The notes: a model not told the origin generated them from the letters alone. A stretch of DNA of 64,000 bases from Candidatus Obscuribacteraceae bacterium (GCA_044229845.1 JBGASG010000004.1:384001-448000), one strand, 5' to 3'. Counted from the first letter of the stretch, positions 20,000 through 29,434 are shown. A program made the numbers and translations.

Positions 20000-20221
20000 A
20001 TGCCGCGTCTGATACTTACCTTTGAAACGACGTTCCAGGTCATGTCTGCCGATCAAATGCTGCGTGACAAGTTTCAGATCCGACCGACGCCCACGCCCTC
20101 AGGTTTGTCACAATCGATTTGCGGCGTCTCGCTTGAAATCCTGAACCACGCCGACAAAGAGGCGATTCTTGAAAAGCTTTCCGGGCACGGGTTGATACCA
20201 TCGGGAGTGCACGAGGTTTAA
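20000..20221 (+). CDS. DUF3343-like small protein (putative S/Se carrier)
   Basis: 73 aa, TFETT..., PTP..LS..CGVSL pattern typical of DUF3343. Confidence 0.65.
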   Translation: MPRLILTFETTFQVMSADQMLRDKFQIRPTPTPSGLSQSICGVSLEILNHADKEAILEKLSGHGLIPSGVHEV

Positions 20222-20897
20222 CCAAACCGGAACCGACCGGTCTATGCAGCGACACCGCCAACGGTATCGCTGCATAGACAATAGTCAGCACGATCTATAT
20301 AGCCCTTTTGAAGCGGAATACACGCGAATGCATGCAAGCTCAGCCGTGCGAGCGGTCTGCTCCGCTCATCCGGTTGGGCCGCTTCGCGAGTTTCACACGT
20401 CCATAGGTCGGCCCCGGTCGACGCGCACCGGATTTGGTGCTGGCCGGCATGGAGAGAAAAAATCGCTAGCGGCCGTGAACATTAGACGCCGCTCACTCTT
20501 CTGCGCATCATCCCCACCCTACTGACTCCTGCAGTGACTCACATCGCAATCAGGGACACGCTTTCCGTCCCAGGCACCGGCAAGTCGCTCTCCCTTGCAG
20601 GGCGTTTCAGCGCACGTAACAGAGGCTTGCTGTTGCCAGACGCCCCTTGGCATCATGATGGCACATCTCCTTCCCCTCGTTTCTCCAGGTTCCCGCACCA
20701 GACTAGCTCTCCTCGGCTCCCGCCCCGCCCCGCAAAGCGCGCCCAGCGCCGCGCCGCAACGCCCGCCGCCGAATGCCGGCGATCCACCGCATACCGCGCC
20801 CCGAGCAGACCCGGCCGTTTCGGGAGGAAATCGCGGCCACTCTCGCAGCCGATGCACGGTTCACCAACCCCCAAACCATTTTTCTGGAGCGATCTGC

Positions 20898-22085
20898 ATG
20901 TCTCATCGCAACCTCGCAAACGATAGCCGGCTCGATCCGATTGAGCAGCGCATCATCATGTTGGCTCGTCACGAACGCACCATTGCCTGGGAAACGCCTC
21001 TCACCCGCCGCGCTGCCCGTAAGCGTCGACGCCACAGCCTGCGCATCATGGAGTCGGTCCGAATTCATCCGGCAGCAGCCGAGGAGATCTGGTCCGCCCG
21101 GCAATGCGGCAATACGTTGGTGGCGCGGCGCGCGCTGCGCCTGTTCCAGTCCGCCGACCGGTCAGCGCTGTGGCGCAGTCGGGCGCTCTACCTGGTCAGT
21201 GAATTGCGTCGACGCAAGATGCCTGCGACGTCGCTCGAACTGCTGCAGTGGATCTTCCTCTACGATGCCGATTCGGTGCCGACCGTCGGGATGCACTGCC
21301 GGGGGTGCATCGACGATCAAGATCGCCGCCACGCGCTTACGCCTGTGTCCATCGACCTCTGGCGAGCGCAGCGCGTCGCCATCCTGGCAGCGTCCTGGCG
21401 ACTGCGGTACCCACACATTGATGCTGTGCTGCTGACGGCCGAACGCAGTTTCGACGAGTTCGAGATGCTTGCCGATTTCGAGTCCCAGCATCCGCAGTCG
21501 TTCGCTCTCATCCTGACCGCGGTCGGCGCCTACTTTAATGCACTGCTCCTGCCGAAGGACTTGCAGCAGTACAGCATCGCCGCCGGCGAACTGCTCGTAG
21601 TCGCGGCGCACCGCGCCCTGCGATGCGCCGCTCAGGCGGGCGACTTCCGCTCACCGGGTTCGCTGCTTACCGAACTGTTGATGCACTGGACCGCGGAGCT
21701 CTTCGATCAGCTCGACTTCGCAGACATCAAACATCTGGTGATGTTGTGGTTGGCCCTCACCGGGGCAAACACCGACACACCACCACAGGAGTTCACCACC
21801 ATCATGTCGCAGACCAATCGCCTGTTCGCCGACGACGAGAACGGCACCGGCAGCGAGAACGCCAACAACTCCACCTTGGTCCGCCGCGAGTACGAACCCG
21901 AGTACGGCATGCCGCACCGTGATGAGTACGACCGCGAGAGCGAAACCCTGACCTACAAGTACCGCCTCAGCAATGACGGCACGTCTCGCCTGCGCTTCAC
22001 GGGCGACAGCTTGGAGCGCGACCACACCGTCAGACGCCGCCGCGACCGGCGGGCTGTGCGCAGCAGCAAGGGCTACTACTGCTGA
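20898..22085 (+). CDS. Hypothetical protein (paralog of 24121-25092) in frame with a nested small gene
   Basis: GGAG RBS before MSHRNLAND; shares ELLQWI, CxxC, HAL, WxxRY blocks with 24121-25092. Confidence 0.65.
   Translation: MSHRNLANDSRLDPIEQRIIMLARHERTIAWETPLTRRAARKRRRHSLRIMESVRIHPAAAEEIWSARQCGNTLVARRALRLFQSADRSALWRSRALYLVSELRRRKMPATSLELLQWIFLYDADSVPTVGMHCRGCIDDQDRRHALTPVSIDLWRAQRVAILAASWRLRYPHIDAVLLTAERSFDEFEMLADFESQHPQSFALILTAVGAYFNALLLPKDLQQYSIAAGELLVVAAHRALRCAAQAGDFRSPGSLLTELLMHWTAELFDQLDFADIKHLVMLWLALTGANTDTPPQEFTTIMSQTNRLFADDENGTGSENANNSTLVRREYEPEYGMPHRDEYDRESETLTYKYRLSNDGTSRLRFTGDSLERDHTVRRRRDRRAVRSSKGYYC
21804..22085 (+). CDS. Nested small basic-tailed protein (93 aa), paralog of 22242-22457
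   Basis: Internal AGGAG RBS + ATG (MSQTNRLFADD...RRRDRRAVRSSKGYYC). Confidence 0.55.
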   Translation: MSQTNRLFADDENGTGSENANNSTLVRREYEPEYGMPHRDEYDRESETLTYKYRLSNDGTSRLRFTGDSLERDHTVRRRRDRRAVRSSKGYYC

Positions 22086-22241
22086 GGCTGAAAGTACAAC
22101 AATTATGAACAGGCCCGCAGCAGCCGCACATCTGGCGCAGCTCCGATGTCGTTCGCCGCCTTTCGGCAGGCGCTCGGCAGTCCAGCTGATTTGGAACCGA
22201 CCGCATTTTCGTCCACACCACAAGGCAGGAGAAACTTCACC

Positions 22242-22457
22242 ATGTCGCACACCATCCGGTACGCCTTCGACGACAACACCACCGGCGACGACTTCGGCAC
22301 CGCGAACGACGGCGAGATCTTCGAGGACGCGCCGAGGACGTCCCGCATCGGTCTGCCGCGGGCGTTCCGCAACGTCCGGAACCGGGCGCGCGACCAGGCA
22401 GTCAACCGCCGCCGCGACCGCAGGGCGGCCCAGCGGCGCAAGGGCTACGGCCGCTAG
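22242..22457 (+). CDS. Small basic-tailed hypothetical protein (71 aa)
   Basis: AGGAG RBS; MSHTIRYAFDD...RRRDRRAAQRRKGYGR. Confidence 0.65.
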   Translation: MSHTIRYAFDDNTTGDDFGTANDGEIFEDAPRTSRIGLPRAFRNVRNRARDQAVNRRRDRRAAQRRKGYGR

Positions 22458-22536
22458 CCGACCGGCACCACAGGCAGTGCGCGGACCCTCAGCCGGCTCG
22501 CGCACTGCCGTCTCGAGTCACATGGACGGAAGAAAC

Positions 22537-22962
22537 ATGAGCAAGAAAAACGTCGCCCGTGCTGTTCTAGTAATCTTCGCGCTGTGCTGCATCGGCGCGT
22601 TCGCCGCCGGGGTAGCCCTGTCGGAACGGCAGAACTTCTGGATACCGGGTCTCGCCCTCACCCTTCTGGCGGTGGCGCCCGTACTCGGCATGCGCTACCA
22701 GATCCACAAAATGCGCCCCAATCCCTCATCCGAGCAAATGACGGTCAACGTCGGATCAGAGGGACTGACGGGAGACATCTGCCTGGTCTTCCTCTGCCAA
22801 TTCGCCGGATGGTGTTACGTCCTCATTCCAGCGGTGGTTGCCGTGGTGGCTTTCATCGCCGTGATCGCCGTCTTGATCAGAGGGTCGGCATACCTGATCA
22901 ACAGGTTGACCGGTGACGACCAGGCGCCGCCGCAGCCAACATCCTCAGGGGAGAACACGTGA
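22537..22962 (+). CDS. Hypothetical membrane protein
   Basis: Three to four hydrophobic segments; stop overlaps the next start (GTGA). Confidence 0.6.
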   Translation: MSKKNVARAVLVIFALCCIGAFAAGVALSERQNFWIPGLALTLLAVAPVLGMRYQIHKMRPNPSSEQMTVNVGSEGLTGDICLVFLCQFAGWCYVLIPAVVAVVAFIAVIAVLIRGSAYLINRLTGDDQAPPQPTSSGENT

Positions 22963-23687
22963 GCACCGACAACGCCCTGCGCTACGTCGACTTCAAAGAA
23001 GAGACCCTGATCGTGCCGGACGGCGTAGCCACCATCTTCGTCGAACGCGCCCCTCGCCTGCGGCAGGTGGTGCTGCCCGACTCGCTGACCTTTGCTCGGC
23101 TGGCGGGCTGCCCGCAGCTTGCCGAGTTGCCGCTGCCGCCGGCGCTCAAGGACCTGCACCTGATCGACTGCCCGGCACTGCCGGCGGTGCAGTTGCCGAC
23201 GACCCTCGAGGTGCTGTCTCTGGTCGACTGCCCGGCGCTACCCGCCGACGAGCTGCCGGCGTCGCTGTTCCGCCTGTCGCTGGGCGGTTTCTCCGCGTCG
23301 ACCCTGCCCGCTCTGCCGCCCCACCTCACCGACTTGATCATCTCCAACTGGCCAAATCTGCAAGCGGTGACGCCGTCTCCCAGGCTGGAGACCCTGCACC
23401 TGCACCGGTGCCCGCAGGTCGCGCAGATCACAGCGCCGCCGACGGTTACCGAGTTGTGGGCAGATAAGTGCCCGCAGCTTGCTGCAGTCACCCTGCCCGA
23501 TGCGCTGCAATATCTGCAGTGCATCGACTGCCCCAGCCTCGCCTGCGTCCGCCTGCCCTCCACGGTGCTCTCCGCGCGCCTGGACCCGCACATCGCCGTC
23601 GAGATTCACAACCACCGCCTGACTGTCGAGGTGACGGTCTCGCTCGACGGCGTCACTCTCGTCGACAGAGATCACCTTTTGCTCTGA
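22959..23687 (+). CDS. Leucine-rich repeat protein (about eight 20-aa LPxxLxxLxLxxCPxL repeats)
   Basis: Repeats such as LPPALKDLHLIDCPAL, LPTTLEVLSLVDCPAL, LPDALQYLQCIDCPSL; GGAG RBS. Confidence 0.85.
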   Translation: MSTDNALRYVDFKEETLIVPDGVATIFVERAPRLRQVVLPDSLTFARLAGCPQLAELPLPPALKDLHLIDCPALPAVQLPTTLEVLSLVDCPALPADELPASLFRLSLGGFSASTLPALPPHLTDLIISNWPNLQAVTPSPRLETLHLHRCPQVAQITAPPTVTELWADKCPQLAAVTLPDALQYLQCIDCPSLACVRLPSTVLSARLDPHIAVEIHNHRLTVEVTVSLDGVTLVDRDHLLL

Positions 23688-23733
23688 GTACCTGCCGCCC
23701 CACAGGTAACTCTACTTCCCGGGAGCCACCGCG

Positions 23734-24099
23734 ATGAGCTACCTCATCTTCGACGACAAGGACATGCAGAGGGCGACCATCCCCGCGCATGCAACAGAAC
23801 GCATCCGTGCAATTGCACGGTTTTACGACGTCACGCCTGGCAGCGCCCAGCTCCTGGACAACCTCTGCTCCCGGCGCGCGGCGGCTGACGATGTTGTGTC
23901 GCAGTGCGCACTGGCGGTGATTCGTTTGCTGCTGGTGACGCGCCGCGATCTGGATTGGTCGCATCGCTGCCTGGTCACCGCCGGTCGACTGGTCGAACTG
24001 CGCCGCGTCAGGCTGGCGCGCGACCTGATCGTGCATGCCAACGCCGCCCTGGTAGTCGACACCCCGCAGCGCATCGACCACGTTCCGCCATTCGACTGA
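23734..24099 (+). CDS. Hypothetical protein
   Basis: GGAG RBS, co-oriented in a tight gene string. Confidence 0.55.
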   Translation: MSYLIFDDKDMQRATIPAHATERIRAIARFYDVTPGSAQLLDNLCSRRAAADDVVSQCALAVIRLLLVTRRDLDWSHRCLVTAGRLVELRRVRLARDLIVHANAALVVDTPQRIDHVPPFD

Positions 24100-24120
24100 G
24101 GAATCTGCACGGAGTTGATC

Positions 24121-25092
24121 ATGACTCAGCCCTCTTCCATTTTGCCGCGCGCGGCAACCGACGGCATGCGCTCGCTGCTGCTGCCGGGCTCGTTCACCAA
24201 CGCCTGGCTGCCCTGGCCGCACCAGCAGTTGATCATCGACATGGTGCCGGAGCGGCGCAGCGTCTGGGAGAAGAAGCGCGCCCGGCGCATCGCGGTTCGC
24301 CATCGGCTGCACATCGACACGGCCTACGAACTCTGGCAGGCTCGCCAGAACGCCGCCACTGCGCCGCTGTCTCGCCGCACGCTGCGATGCTTCGCTCGTG
24401 GCGAAACTTCGCAGCAGTGGATCGACCAGGCACTGCAGCTGGTGCCTCTCTTGCGCGAGGCGCACCTGCACCGCAGCGCTTTCGAGTTGCTGCAGTGGAT
24501 TGTCGGCGCCGATCAGCTCTTCAAGTCCTGCGGCTGCCCGGATAACAGCGGTTTCTGCCAGACTTGCTTGCTCGGCGAGTCGCCCCGCACCGAGCATGCC
24601 CTCAGGCAAGAAACGTGCCATCACTGGCAGCAGCGCGAGGCTGAGCTCTTGCGCACAGCCTGGGAACGCCGCTACCACTTCACAGACGCCCTGCTGGAGT
24701 TGCAGGCGGTGGACCGCGCCCGGTGGCAGATGCTCGCCGCTCTCGAAGAGTGCGATCCGCTGGTGTTTCAGGCGGTGCTCACCGCCTTGCAGGGCGCCGA
24801 CGACGCGCTGGCACTGCCGGCTCGGCTGCGCCAGTGGGGGATGGTGCCTGCAGAAGAACTGGCGATCGCCGCCGCCAGGGTGCGTCACATCAGCCGACGC
24901 GGCGGCTGCGACCGAATATTCTTCGGCACGCAGTACATGATCTCGCAAATGCTCCTGGAGAAGGCCACGCAGGTCTTGATGTTCACCGAGTCGCTCGACC
25001 CGGCGGCGACAGGGGTGCTCGCCGACGCGGTCCACTGGGCGGCCTGGCAGCTTTTCTCCAACGCGTTGGACGCGTTGGAGGACGGCAACTGA
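24121..25092 (+). CDS. Hypothetical helical protein with Cys cluster (paralog of 20898)
   Basis: GGAG RBS; ELLQWI...CGC...CQTC...HAL...WERRY. Confidence 0.65.
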   Translation: MTQPSSILPRAATDGMRSLLLPGSFTNAWLPWPHQQLIIDMVPERRSVWEKKRARRIAVRHRLHIDTAYELWQARQNAATAPLSRRTLRCFARGETSQQWIDQALQLVPLLREAHLHRSAFELLQWIVGADQLFKSCGCPDNSGFCQTCLLGESPRTEHALRQETCHHWQQREAELLRTAWERRYHFTDALLELQAVDRARWQMLAALEECDPLVFQAVLTALQGADDALALPARLRQWGMVPAEELAIAAARVRHISRRGGCDRIFFGTQYMISQMLLEKATQVLMFTESLDPAATGVLADAVHWAAWQLFSNALDALEDGN

Positions 25093-25117
25093 TCCAACGA
25101 ACACACGCGGAGGAGAC

Positions 25118-25681
25118 ATGTTCCAGCCACCATCAGGAGATACCTCCAACACAACCTATCCGACGATCAAAAACGCCTGGGACATGCTCCAGGCCGGCAC
25201 CGCTCTCGACGATGTCCGCTGGGTCCTGGAGTGGGCTCTCGTTCAGTGCCGGGGGCGCAACAACGGCAAATACACCGCAGAGGAGTACTGGATCCAGGTC
25301 GGGCTGGCAGATAGCATCGGCAGGCAGAGCAACACGCGGTCGGCGTGCACGATGCTCTTGCTGGCACTGGTGCAGGTCAGTGCGGAGCTCGGCGAAACCC
25401 ACGTCCTCAGTGGTCTCGCCATGCTCGAACTGTCCTGGACTTACGCGGGACTGGGTCGATTCGCGCCGGCGCGCGCCCTCATGGATGAAGGGCTGCGCAT
25501 ACTGGAGAAGTCAGCCGCTGTCGGCTGCGACTACAGCACCCAGCGCATTGGCGGCTGGATCAAGTCGTTCGGCCGGCATGCCGCTGTAATCGCCAAGGAG
25601 GCGCCCGAGCCGAAAGAGTGGCGCGGACTCGACCACTGGATACAGACAACCGTAGAGGAAGCCTGGGCAAGGCGCTCCTGA
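25118..25681 (+). CDS. Hypothetical protein with TPR-like helices
   Basis: GGAGG RBS; LGETH...LSWTYAGLGRFAPARALMDEGLRILE resembles a TPR unit. Confidence 0.6.
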   Translation: MFQPPSGDTSNTTYPTIKNAWDMLQAGTALDDVRWVLEWALVQCRGRNNGKYTAEEYWIQVGLADSIGRQSNTRSACTMLLLALVQVSAELGETHVLSGLAMLELSWTYAGLGRFAPARALMDEGLRILEKSAAVGCDYSTQRIGGWIKSFGRHAAVIAKEAPEPKEWRGLDHWIQTTVEEAWARRS

Positions 25682-25748
25682 CGGCGATCGCCGGCGGTGC
25701 CCACCAGTGCCACCACTGGTGACGGCACCGCAGTTGGACGGGAGACAC

Positions 25749-26105
25749 ATGTACGAACCACCGCCGTACGAAGGAGGACTCCTGATCACCGCAGAGTCCA
25801 CCTTCCTGTTCGGGCTCACCGTGCGCCCGCAACAATGCAGCCGTCTGCCAAGGCGAGAACGACGTCGCATGGAGCGCCAACGCACTAGCGCCGAAGAAGA
25901 CTGGCAATCGCAGTGGCGGTCGCAATGGCGGTCGCGGCGGGAGAGTCCCTGGCAGTCTTCGTGGATGTCGCTGTGGCAATCGCACTGGCAGTTGCTGCAG
26001 CAGTCGCAGTGGCAGTCGCTGCAACGGTCGCCTCGGCAGACACAACGGCAGTCTCAGCGACAGTCGCAATGGCGCCTTGAGTGGTTGCGTCGACATCAAG
26101 AATGA
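25749..26105 (+). CDS. Hypothetical protein with W/Q/S-rich tetrapeptide repeat tail
   Basis: GGAG RBS; degenerate 12-bp repeat (tggcagtcgcag-like) over about 25902-26072 encoding WQSQ/WRSQ units. Confidence 0.5.
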   Translation: MYEPPPYEGGLLITAESTFLFGLTVRPQQCSRLPRRERRRMERQRTSAEEDWQSQWRSQWRSRRESPWQSSWMSLWQSHWQLLQQSQWQSLQRSPRQTQRQSQRQSQWRLEWLRRHQE

Positions 26106-26243
26106 ACCAGCACTTCCTGTGGTGGCAGCTCTGCCGCCGCCACAGGAACCTCACCCCACTCTAAAATCCCAGCTCTACTATTGCACTTAGTTTATCTAGA
26201 GTCGGCAAACCATCCTCATACACTCGATCCAAGCCGGCAATAC

Positions 26244-26271
26244 TTGACAATTCAGCGCTTCTGCGTACAAT
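26244..26271 (+). promoter_or_regulatory. sigma70 promoter
   Basis: TTGACA-16 nt-TACAAT upstream of 26396. Confidence 0.6.
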
Positions 26272-26395
26272 AGAGCAGCGCTTGTAAAAGAACCCGCGAA
26301 CCCGCCCCGCATCAGCGCCAGACGTCACCTGTCGTACGTCTGTAATTACCATTTTGCCTGAGGCACCATCACCGTCGATGGTGGCATAACTTACT

Positions 26396-27337
26396 ATGGG
26401 ATTTCTTGGAGACGCAGCCGGCTTCGTCGGCGACAAGGCTGAAGACGCCGGTGGTTTCGTCGCCGACACAGCTAGTGATGTCAAAAATGTGGTCACCGAC
26501 GACATAGCGCCGACCGGACTGGAAGTGTTCCGGACAGCCGCCTGGGCAGGCAGCGAGATGCTCGCCTCACCGGTCAACCATTCGGCTCACATGCTTTCAT
26601 CAATAACCGGCAAGGACGTGCCCGAACTTCACCTCGTCGGCAAGTCCGACACGGTCAATGCCGTCGAAGATAAGCTGGCACCGGTGCTCAACGCGGTCAA
26701 CTACGTCGACAACTTGAAAGACGAGTTCACTCAAGCCACCGCCTACGCTGCTGTGCAGCAGACCGTCGACGGCGTCTCGCAGCTCACCAACAAGGTCGCC
26801 GGCACCGAACTTATACCGCACGTCGATATCATCGAAAAACCGGAAGCCGCCGAAAAATGGTCGCCGGAGTGGCTCGTCCAACAGGGCGGACTGGCTGTCG
26901 GCACCGCCGCACCGATCTTGCTGGGCGGCAGCACCATCGCGGCTCGCCTCGGTCCGCGTGCCATGGCTCTTGCCGGCGTCGAAGTGACCGCGGAAAGCAG
27001 CGCCGGCGTGCAGCTGGCAACGAAAGTAGCCGGCAGCGCGCCCGTTAGTTTCGGCTACAACTTCTTCATGCGCCCATCGGCGCAGGGCGAGAATTTCTGG
27101 GAATCACGGCTCACCAACGGCTCCATCGGCGCGTTTCTTTCAGGCGGACAGACCGCCCTGCGCACCAGCACCAACTTGCTGAACGGATTTACCGGCGAAG
27201 CGGTCCACACAGCTGTCGACACCAATGCCCGCACGGCGCTCAAAGGCGAAGGTCTGGCGTCACCGGAAGATTACGTGCAGGGCGGCTTCAGCAAGGCGGC
27301 ATCCACAGCCAACTCCGCAGTGTCCGGCGACGGTTAG
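26396..27337 (+). CDS. Hypothetical Ala/Gly-rich protein with hydrophobic C-terminal half
   Basis: 313-aa ORF with coding-like codon pattern; N-terminal DAAGFVGD/DAGGFVAD repeat. Confidence 0.7.
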   Translation: MGFLGDAAGFVGDKAEDAGGFVADTASDVKNVVTDDIAPTGLEVFRTAAWAGSEMLASPVNHSAHMLSSITGKDVPELHLVGKSDTVNAVEDKLAPVLNAVNYVDNLKDEFTQATAYAAVQQTVDGVSQLTNKVAGTELIPHVDIIEKPEAAEKWSPEWLVQQGGLAVGTAAPILLGGSTIAARLGPRAMALAGVEVTAESSAGVQLATKVAGSAPVSFGYNFFMRPSAQGENFWESRLTNGSIGAFLSGGQTALRTSTNLLNGFTGEAVHTAVDTNARTALKGEGLASPEDYVQGGFSKAASTANSAVSGDG

Positions 27338-27392
27338 TAGGGTTGCGATAACCCATCATTTTCGAGGTAAAAAGATGGGTTATCGCAACCCT
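27337..27392. repeat. REP-like inverted doublet / long hairpin
   Basis: 19-bp perfect inverted repeat agggttgcgataacccatc / gatgggttatcgcaaccct; each arm is internally palindromic, and the left arm starts with GTAG. Confidence 0.65.
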
Positions 27393-27892
27393 TGGCAACG
27401 CGCGCCTCGCCTTGGAGTGTCCCTCGCAGTTCGGGCGAGTAGCACGCACGGTGGTTACATATAAATTGCAGTATTTATAATTTCTATATGTCCACGTACA
27501 GCGCTCACCGCGGACATAAATCCCAATACCAGTGCCGCTCCTCAGGTCGCGCCGGCCACTTCGCTAACCGAGCCACCTAGCGCAGATAACGAAGGTCGCG
27601 CTCGCCACCAGGCTTAATTCAGTGTGGCATTTACGAAGTCAAGCGCACATCTTGAGCGTGCTTTTATTTACCCAGCCTGCATCAGCACAGCCTCTTCTCA
27701 TAGTTTCAGGAACCTCTTTCCATAACCGTCCTCACTGGGTTCTCACCGTCTAAAAGTTTGCTCCCTACAGCCGCAGGGTTTCTCCAGCGCCATCGTATAT
27801 GGTGCACGGCTGGAAGACGGTTCGAAAGAGTGGATGGAACGCGCTCATCCTCAGCCTAGCGCGAGCAACCTTCGCAACAGGAAACCTGAAAC

Positions 27893-29434
27893 ATGCGAAA
27901 ACTCAAAATGGCGGCTATGGCCCTGCTTCTGGCAGCCGCTGGTGCGCTCCTCACGTCGCAGACCTTCGCCCAAGCCCAGACGCCTGCCGCCGCCGCTCCC
28001 GAAAGCGTCGTCGCGTCGGACAACCTGGTGGTCGCCGAGCCGGCCAGCAAGGTCGACCTCACCGTCTACGGCAACTCCTACGCGCAGATTCAAGAGTCGC
28101 GCACGGTGAAGCTGAAGGCGGGCAAAAACCGCGTGCAACTGAACGGCATCGCCCAGCGCTACCGTCAGGACAGCCTGCGCATCATCGAAGCGCACGGTCC
28201 CTCCAAGCTGGCGTACCTGGGCGCCAACTACCAGCCCGCCAACCTGACCACCGAACGCCTCCTGGCGCTCTCGGTCGGCAAGGAGATCACAGCTCGCCGG
28301 TTCACGACCGACGGCTTGCAGGCGGTGACCGGGACGCTGCAGAGCGTCAACGGCAACTCACTGGTGCTCACATCCGGAGGCAAGACCGAACTGGTCTCCG
28401 CCGCCGACGTGACGCTTTTGACCACGCCTGAAGGTCTCTCGAACACGGCTTCGCTCGTGGTCGATGTGACCGTCGCCACCGCCGGTGCCTACACGCTCGA
28501 CTTCATCTACGAGACGGAAGGCATCACCTGGTCGGCGAAGCACACGCTCGTCTACGACGACACCACCTCGACCGTGAAGAGCTGGGAGACCAGCGTCTTC
28601 CTCGTCAACGAGAGCGGCACCAACTTCAAGAACGCCACGCTGCGCCTGCTCTCCGGCGCCGTGGCTGGTGACGAAGGCGGTCCCGGCGGCATGTACGAGC
28701 GCGCTGCGGCGGCTCGGGTCCAATCGCTCGCGGACAGTGCGGCCACCGTCGAAAACGTTGGCGACCAGAAGGTCTTCGAGATTCCCGGCACCGTCGATCT
28801 GGGCGCCGGTCAGTCCCGACAGATCCCGCTTTTCACGGGCAACGACGTGCCGGTCAAGCAGGCTTACGCGGTGGGCAATGCGTCCAGCCGCTACGGCTAC
28901 ACGACCGACCGCAAGCAGAACGCCACCATCCGTCTGACGGTGGAAAACTGCGACAAGTACCATCTCGGCAAGCCGCTGCCCGCGGGCGCCGTCAAAGTCT
29001 ACCAGTTCAACTCTGCCAAGAAACTGCAACTGGTGGGCTCGACGCATGTCTCCGACAAGGCAACTGATGAAATCTTCGACCTCAACATCGGCACGTCTTC
29101 CGACGTGAAGTGGGAGTTGAAGTACGTCGGCGCCAAAGACGTCGAGGACGCGGCCGCAACGCAAGGCGCAACGCAACAGGGCACTCGTCCCAACGGCGCG
29201 GCCCCGCAGCAGGACAACACTCCCAAGTTCGAGGATCGCACCTACGAACTGGTGGTGTACAACTACAAAACCGATCGGGGCGTCACCGCCAAGATCGAAA
29301 TGCAGGTTCCGGCCAAGCAAGAGCTGGAGCCGTTCTGGAGCCGCCCGCGCGCTGACCGTGCGGAAGCCTCCGTCGACGTCGCGAAGAGCGACAAGAAGTC
29401 GGTGCGCATCACGGTGCGCGTCCAGGTGCGCTAA
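27893..29434 (+). CDS. DUF4139 domain secreted protein
   Basis: Signal peptide; LTVYGN..AQIQESR, GITWSA, LVNESG..FKNA.L.L, LGKPLPAGAVKVY. Confidence 0.85.
   Translation: MRKLKMAAMALLLAAAGALLTSQTFAQAQTPAAAAPESVVASDNLVVAEPASKVDLTVYGNSYAQIQESRTVKLKAGKNRVQLNGIAQRYRQDSLRIIEAHGPSKLAYLGANYQPANLTTERLLALSVGKEITARRFTTDGLQAVTGTLQSVNGNSLVLTSGGKTELVSAADVTLLTTPEGLSNTASLVVDVTVATAGAYTLDFIYETEGITWSAKHTLVYDDTTSTVKSWETSVFLVNESGTNFKNATLRLLSGAVAGDEGGPGGMYERAAAARVQSLADSAATVENVGDQKVFEIPGTVDLGAGQSRQIPLFTGNDVPVKQAYAVGNASSRYGYTTDRKQNATIRLTVENCDKYHLGKPLPAGAVKVYQFNSAKKLQLVGSTHVSDKATDEIFDLNIGTSSDVKWELKYVGAKDVEDAAATQGATQQGTRPNGAAPQQDNTPKFEDRTYELVVYNYKTDRGVTAKIEMQVPAKQELEPFWSRPRADRAEASVDVAKSDKKSVRITVRVQVR

Noticed and set aside
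20595..20897. Long N-terminal extension of the 496-aa ORF
   Set aside because: Pro/Ala-rich non-coding-like sequence; the RBS and the paralog alignment support the start at 20898.
23653..25152. 499-aa minus-strand ORF
   Set aside because: The plus-strand genes are supported by RBSs and by paralogy with 20898.
20898..26105. Prophage call for the orphan island
   Set aside because: No terminase, capsid, integrase, repressor or att sites recognised.
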